Of a stretch of 64,000 nucleotides of DNA, positions 59,759 to 64,000 are shown in pieces. The stretch covers positions 1 to 64,000 of the forward strand of contig JAUCBJ010008854.1 of assembly GCA_032718475.1 (NCBI GenBank). The letters run 5' to 3'. The stretch comes from Nemertoderma westbladi (taxonomy: Eukaryota; Animalia; Xenacoelomorpha). The notes beneath the pieces were generated by a model. The model saw only the letters and a program-made list of their open reading frames with translations, searched no databases and was not told the origin of the DNA. The position numbers were made by a program, and so were the translations under genes. How positions within the stretch are numbered: position 1 is the stretch's first letter; each line of letters starts with the position of its first letter.

Positions 59759-62437
59759 ATGATTACGTTAGTTTTTTTGTGGAGGTTTGTAATGCTTTCT
59801 ATATGTGTTGCTTGTACATTCGTCATCCAATGTGCTTATGCCAATGAAGATACTGTTATTGCTAAGCCGGATAACAAAGTTCGTGTTTTAGAAAACCTAA
59901 TCTTAATAACCACGTTGGATGGCACAATATACGGGACCAGTTTATCTACTGGGGCGATCAAATGGCAGTTTAAGGATGGGCCACTCCTTCGAATGTCGTC
60001 CGTCATTCCAAAGAAAGGGCCGATGTTTTTACCTGACCCGACCGATGGCACTCTTTACGCTTTCGGAGGCCCCACAGCGGATTTTGAGAGGCTCAAGAAA
60101 TTGCCTTACTCGATACAGGAGTTAACAGCGGAGTCCCCTCTGCGCGGCGATGATGGGGTCCTTTACACCGGGAAAAAGTTAGATAAATGGTACGGGATAG
60201 ACCTAGAAACGGGATCCCGCAGTACAACGCTGAATGTAGACGGTTCGACTGAGTGTCCGAAGCTCGATGAGTCTGCAGGTAACCTCGTCTGGATCGGACT
60301 CACCGAGTACACCATGGCCACGTACGATGGGGCTACGGGTGTCCCATTATGGAACGTAAGTTACGTTGAATACAAGTCTAATGTGTGGCGACCAGGCGGA
60401 GTGGATCCGCCCACGCTTTACGCTAGCACCTCCAGTGGGCTCACGGTCGCCGTGGATACCGAACGGGTCGTCTGGGCTAACGAACTACACCCTGAATCCC
60501 CCGTGGTGGGTGCATACTTACTGGGTCCCCCGCGTGGTGTAACCCATCTACAGCGGGTCCCTTTTAAGTCGGTTCGCTCTCACAGACTCTTGGGTCTATC
60601 TGAGGGTGACCCCCTCCCCCAATGGATGTCCGGCGCGCCGCCCCTACTGCAGACTCTCTACGTCGCCCAGCAACCCCCGCTGCTGTTCGCCATGTCCGCC
60701 TTCGTGGACCAATCAGAGACGAGTATAATCCCACAGGATTCCTCGACCCCGCGAATCTCCGGCCCCTCCGACATCTCCGAGAGCGCCCCCATGCGGGGAG
60801 TAGAGGAATCCCAGGTGGCGGTGATGAGTCAGTGCGCGCGTAAACGCACGCCGCGCTCGTGCCGCGCGCAGCACATCCTGTTGCTAGGCTACCACGACCT
60901 CCCTCCCGCGGTCCCCACATCCGCCATGATCGCGTTACTGGGCAACCGAACGGTCGCCACGCAACCGCTGCCCGGCGACCAACCTGCCCCGCTAAACGTT
61001 TCCGCGACCCCCCAGATCGCCTCTCCCCCTGGAACTCTCCGAGACAACATCGCAACTTCGTCTCTAGTTATTATAATATCGGGAATATCCGGTGGTTTAG
61101 TCGCCTTTTTATTCCTCATTCTGAATAAACGTTTACTAAATAAACAATTATCTCCTGCGAACGTTTCAGATTACTCGTTACTTTCGTCGAATTCCTCCTC
61201 CTCGTACGACGGTTCCTATTCCGCGAGCAGCGGCGCGATTACCATCGGGAAGATCGGCTTCTTCCCGGACTCGATACTGGGCCGCGGGTGCGAGGGGACC
61301 TGCGTCTACCGGGGGCTGTTCGAGGAGCGACCCGTAGCGGTTAAACGCCTTCTGCCGGAGTGCTTCCAGCTGGCGGACCGGGAGGTCGCCTTGCTGCGGG
61401 AGAGCGACGCCCATCCCAACGTGGTCCGCTACTACGCGACCGAGACGGACCGGCAGTTTCGTTACATCGCCTTGGAGTTGTGCGACGCTACGCTGCAGGA
61501 TTACGTGGAGGATCCGTCGTACAGCGGGCCGCGAGTGTCCGACGCGTCGTCGTTACTGCGGGGCGCCACAACCGGGTTGCGACACCTCCACCATCTAGGG
61601 ATAATCCATCGAGATATTAAACCGCAGAATGTTCTTCTAATCTCTCGTCGTGGTTCTTCCGAGCCGATCACCGCGGTTATTTCCGACTTTGGGTTGTGTC
61701 GGAAGTTGTCGGTCGGTCGGGGGTCGGTCACGCGATCCGGTGGGATCGCCGGCACCTCAGGTTGGATCGCACCCGAGGTGCTAAACACCTCGTCTACGAC
61801 TCGATCCGTCGATATATTCTCCGCGGGTTGCGTTTACTATTACGTGTTGAGCGACGGCCACCATCCCTTCGGGGATCCCATCCACCGACAGACTAACATC
61901 GTGGACGGGACCTACAGCGTGTCGCGTTGCGCTCCTACCGCCGGGGACCTGATAGAGTGGATGGTCCGGCGTAGGGGACGTCCGTCGGCTCACGCTGTGC
62001 TGCTGCACCCCTTCCATTGGAGTCCCGAAAAACAGACGCAGTTCCTGATGGACGTGAGCGATCGTGTGGAGAAGGAGACGATGGATTCCTGTGGGTTTTT
62101 GCGCGATCTGGAATGCGAGACGATTATTGGGGGCAACTGGGTGGACCGGGTTACTCCCGATCTACAAGCTGATCTGCGTCGTTACCGCACCTACAGAGCC
62201 GAGAGAATCGCTCATCTACTTCGGGCCATTCGGAATAAGAAACACCATTACAAGGACCTCCCAGACGAACTGAAACTCAGTCTCGGAGACACGCCCTCCT
62301 CCTTTATCCACTACTTTACCTCCCGTTTCCCTCTGCTCATCACCCACACATACAAGGTGTGTTACTCTATCCGTCACGAGAACCGATTCCAGTCCTACTA
62401 CTCCTCTCAAGAGTCGACAGACGACCCACGACGTTAA
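59759..62437 (+). CDS. IRE1: Serine/threonine kinase/endoribonuclease IRE1, intronless, 892 aa
   Basis: Signal peptide; luminal domain (TLDGTIY, FLPDPTDGTLY, KLPYSIQEL...SP); TM helix; kinase LGRGCEGTCVY/VAVKRLL/HRDIKPQNVL/DFG/WIAPE; KEN RNase LLRAIRNKKHHY. Confidence 0.97.
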   Translation: MITLVFLWRFVMLSICVACTFVIQCAYANEDTVIAKPDNKVRVLENLILITTLDGTIYGTSLSTGAIKWQFKDGPLLRMSSVIPKKGPMFLPDPTDGTLYAFGGPTADFERLKKLPYSIQELTAESPLRGDDGVLYTGKKLDKWYGIDLETGSRSTTLNVDGSTECPKLDESAGNLVWIGLTEYTMATYDGATGVPLWNVSYVEYKSNVWRPGGVDPPTLYASTSSGLTVAVDTERVVWANELHPESPVVGAYLLGPPRGVTHLQRVPFKSVRSHRLLGLSEGDPLPQWMSGAPPLLQTLYVAQQPPLLFAMSAFVDQSETSIIPQDSSTPRISGPSDISESAPMRGVEESQVAVMSQCARKRTPRSCRAQHILLLGYHDLPPAVPTSAMIALLGNRTVATQPLPGDQPAPLNVSATPQIASPPGTLRDNIATSSLVIIISGISGGLVAFLFLILNKRLLNKQLSPANVSDYSLLSSNSSSSYDGSYSASSGAITIGKIGFFPDSILGRGCEGTCVYRGLFEERPVAVKRLLPECFQLADREVALLRESDAHPNVVRYYATETDRQFRYIALELCDATLQDYVEDPSYSGPRVSDASSLLRGATTGLRHLHHLGIIHRDIKPQNVLLISRRGSSEPITAVISDFGLCRKLSVGRGSVTRSGGIAGTSGWIAPEVLNTSSTTRSVDIFSAGCVYYYVLSDGHHPFGDPIHRQTNIVDGTYSVSRCAPTAGDLIEWMVRRRGRPSAHAVLLHPFHWSPEKQTQFLMDVSDRVEKETMDSCGFLRDLECETIIGGNWVDRVTPDLQADLRRYRTYRAERIAHLLRAIRNKKHHYKDLPDELKLSLGDTPSSFIHYFTSRFPLLITHTYKVCYSIRHENRFQSYYSSQESTDDPRR

Positions 62438-64000
62438 CTTACTAATCATTTCTATTTGTTTAAATATCCAGGGTTGGTGCCGGTTTTGGATTCATTGTTG
62501 CACAGTTTGGAGAAATAACTATTTTTCCTTCGTATTATTTTGGGTTACATTTATATTTTATATTGGTTAGTAAGATGAATAGCGTAGATGGTTAGTCTTT
62601 ACTGTATAGTTCATATATAGTTTGTTTATTATGTTGAGTATTTAATTAAATATTGATATTTAAAAGACACAAGTTTTGATAATAATGTAACTATTTAATT
62701 TACATATCTGATCTCGATTTAACGAACAATTAATTCCATTCCATTATGTGGATTTATTATGTGGAGTTGCCTCTGCGGTTTTTGCGGGAATACGGCAGAC
62801 CTGTATCAGCTAACACACTGCACAAAGAATAGGAAAGCGCTTTATCAATGGGCAAGTTTTTAAACTCTTTTTTAAATTAATATTTTCTAACTCTTAAACA
62901 TATTAAATTAATATTGTGTGCTTTTACTGTAACACATGCCTCCACTTGGCTTGATTACTATTATTGTTATTTGGATTTATCAGATTCGTCAACACATTAG
63001 TCGTCTTGTATCTACTTAGTACGGATCTCGTCCAGTTTCGTCACGATTTTAACATTGCGTAATACTCCACAGATAAAAGCGGTACCCTTCATCATCTCAG
63101 AGTTCTTTGTAGATTTTTATTACCAATAATCAGTCCATATTACGTCGCATAGGTTACAAGTTACAACAATATAGATATACTATCTCGCTCGCTAATCGTA
63201 CGGTCTCATTGTCTGGGTAGCACTAGCCGACCGTACGTACTAAACTAAACAAAATACTACCACTCACTTTTAGCCACCATCATCGTTCCCCTCCAATCAC
63301 CCATAACTTGGGTCATTAAGCTTAAAAGTGGTCAATGGTTTGTCCGGAAGTTACGATATAATTTTAAATGTTTTAATTTATTCGTATATAATAAAGTTAT
63401 ATATTATTTTGTAGCTAATTTATTTGCGCAGCTTACGCACTAAAAATTAACAAAATCTGTTAAGGCAGTCAAAAGATATGCCCCATTAAAGACTGAAATA
63501 TCGTGAAAATCAGTTGTCCCTTACATGACAAAACCACAAACAACTGTAAATTTTATTACCCCAAGTGGCAAATATATAGGAAACCTATTGTTGGGAAGCT
63601 TAGATGTTTTGCTTTTTTTCAGATTTATTTCAGGCCATAATATTCATGTTGAACCATTGAGATTGATACATAAAATGGGCATGGATTTTTCATTTTTTGT
63701 GTCACATCTGTAACATTTACGTCTAGAATCTGAAGTAGTAACTGTAGGTTTACAGTTTTGATATATTTAGAATCAACAGGGTTTCTAACATAGGCCAAAT
63801 ATCACATACAAAGGACAAGGTCATCTCATTTGGGAAGCATTTATGTTTAACAAAGTCAAATTTCATACAAGTATAATGATACGTGTGGAAAGGCAATTTT
63901 AATTTATGCCGCATCAACCCCAAGAGTTAATGTGATAAATAAACACCTAGGATGTATAGCGGTGGTAAGCGATTTAGTCAACTATCTGTAACGCGTCACC

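Noticed and set aside
60564-62449. Overlapping antisense and alternate-frame ORFs within IRE1
   Set aside because: Expected shadows of GC-rich coding sequence; no recognisable motifs.

Overview
Animal (invertebrate-type, AT-rich, spliceosomal introns) genomic window with a few compact host genes set in dense, nested transposable elements. Host genes: a probable UQCC4/CCSMST1-like small mitochondrial membrane protein, an intronless NUDT19-like Nudix hydrolase plus a frameshifted duplicate, a 3-exon NAP1 histone chaperone (minus strand) and an intronless IRE1 kinase/RNase. Mobile DNA: a 15.7-kb BEL/Pao LTR retrotransposon (CATGG TSD) inserted into an RTE-type LINE; a 10.7-kb Mutator-like element (9-bp TSD, ~1.7-kb TIRs, PHD-OTU-transposase gene) nested in a hAT MITE; several MITE/foldback elements; RTE and CRE-like fragments; two minisatellites. 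Three observations stand out. (1) The BEL/Pao element has no tRNA PBS, but the 12 nt immediately after its 5' LTR are the perfect complement of a 12-mer inside the LTR, suggesting Tf1-like self-priming. (2) One RTE copy carries a ~200-nt block of dense A-to-G change that looks like fossil ADAR hyper-editing. (3) A minimal type I hammerhead ribozyme sits in a Penelope-like inverted arrangement. All alignments and counts were made by eye.
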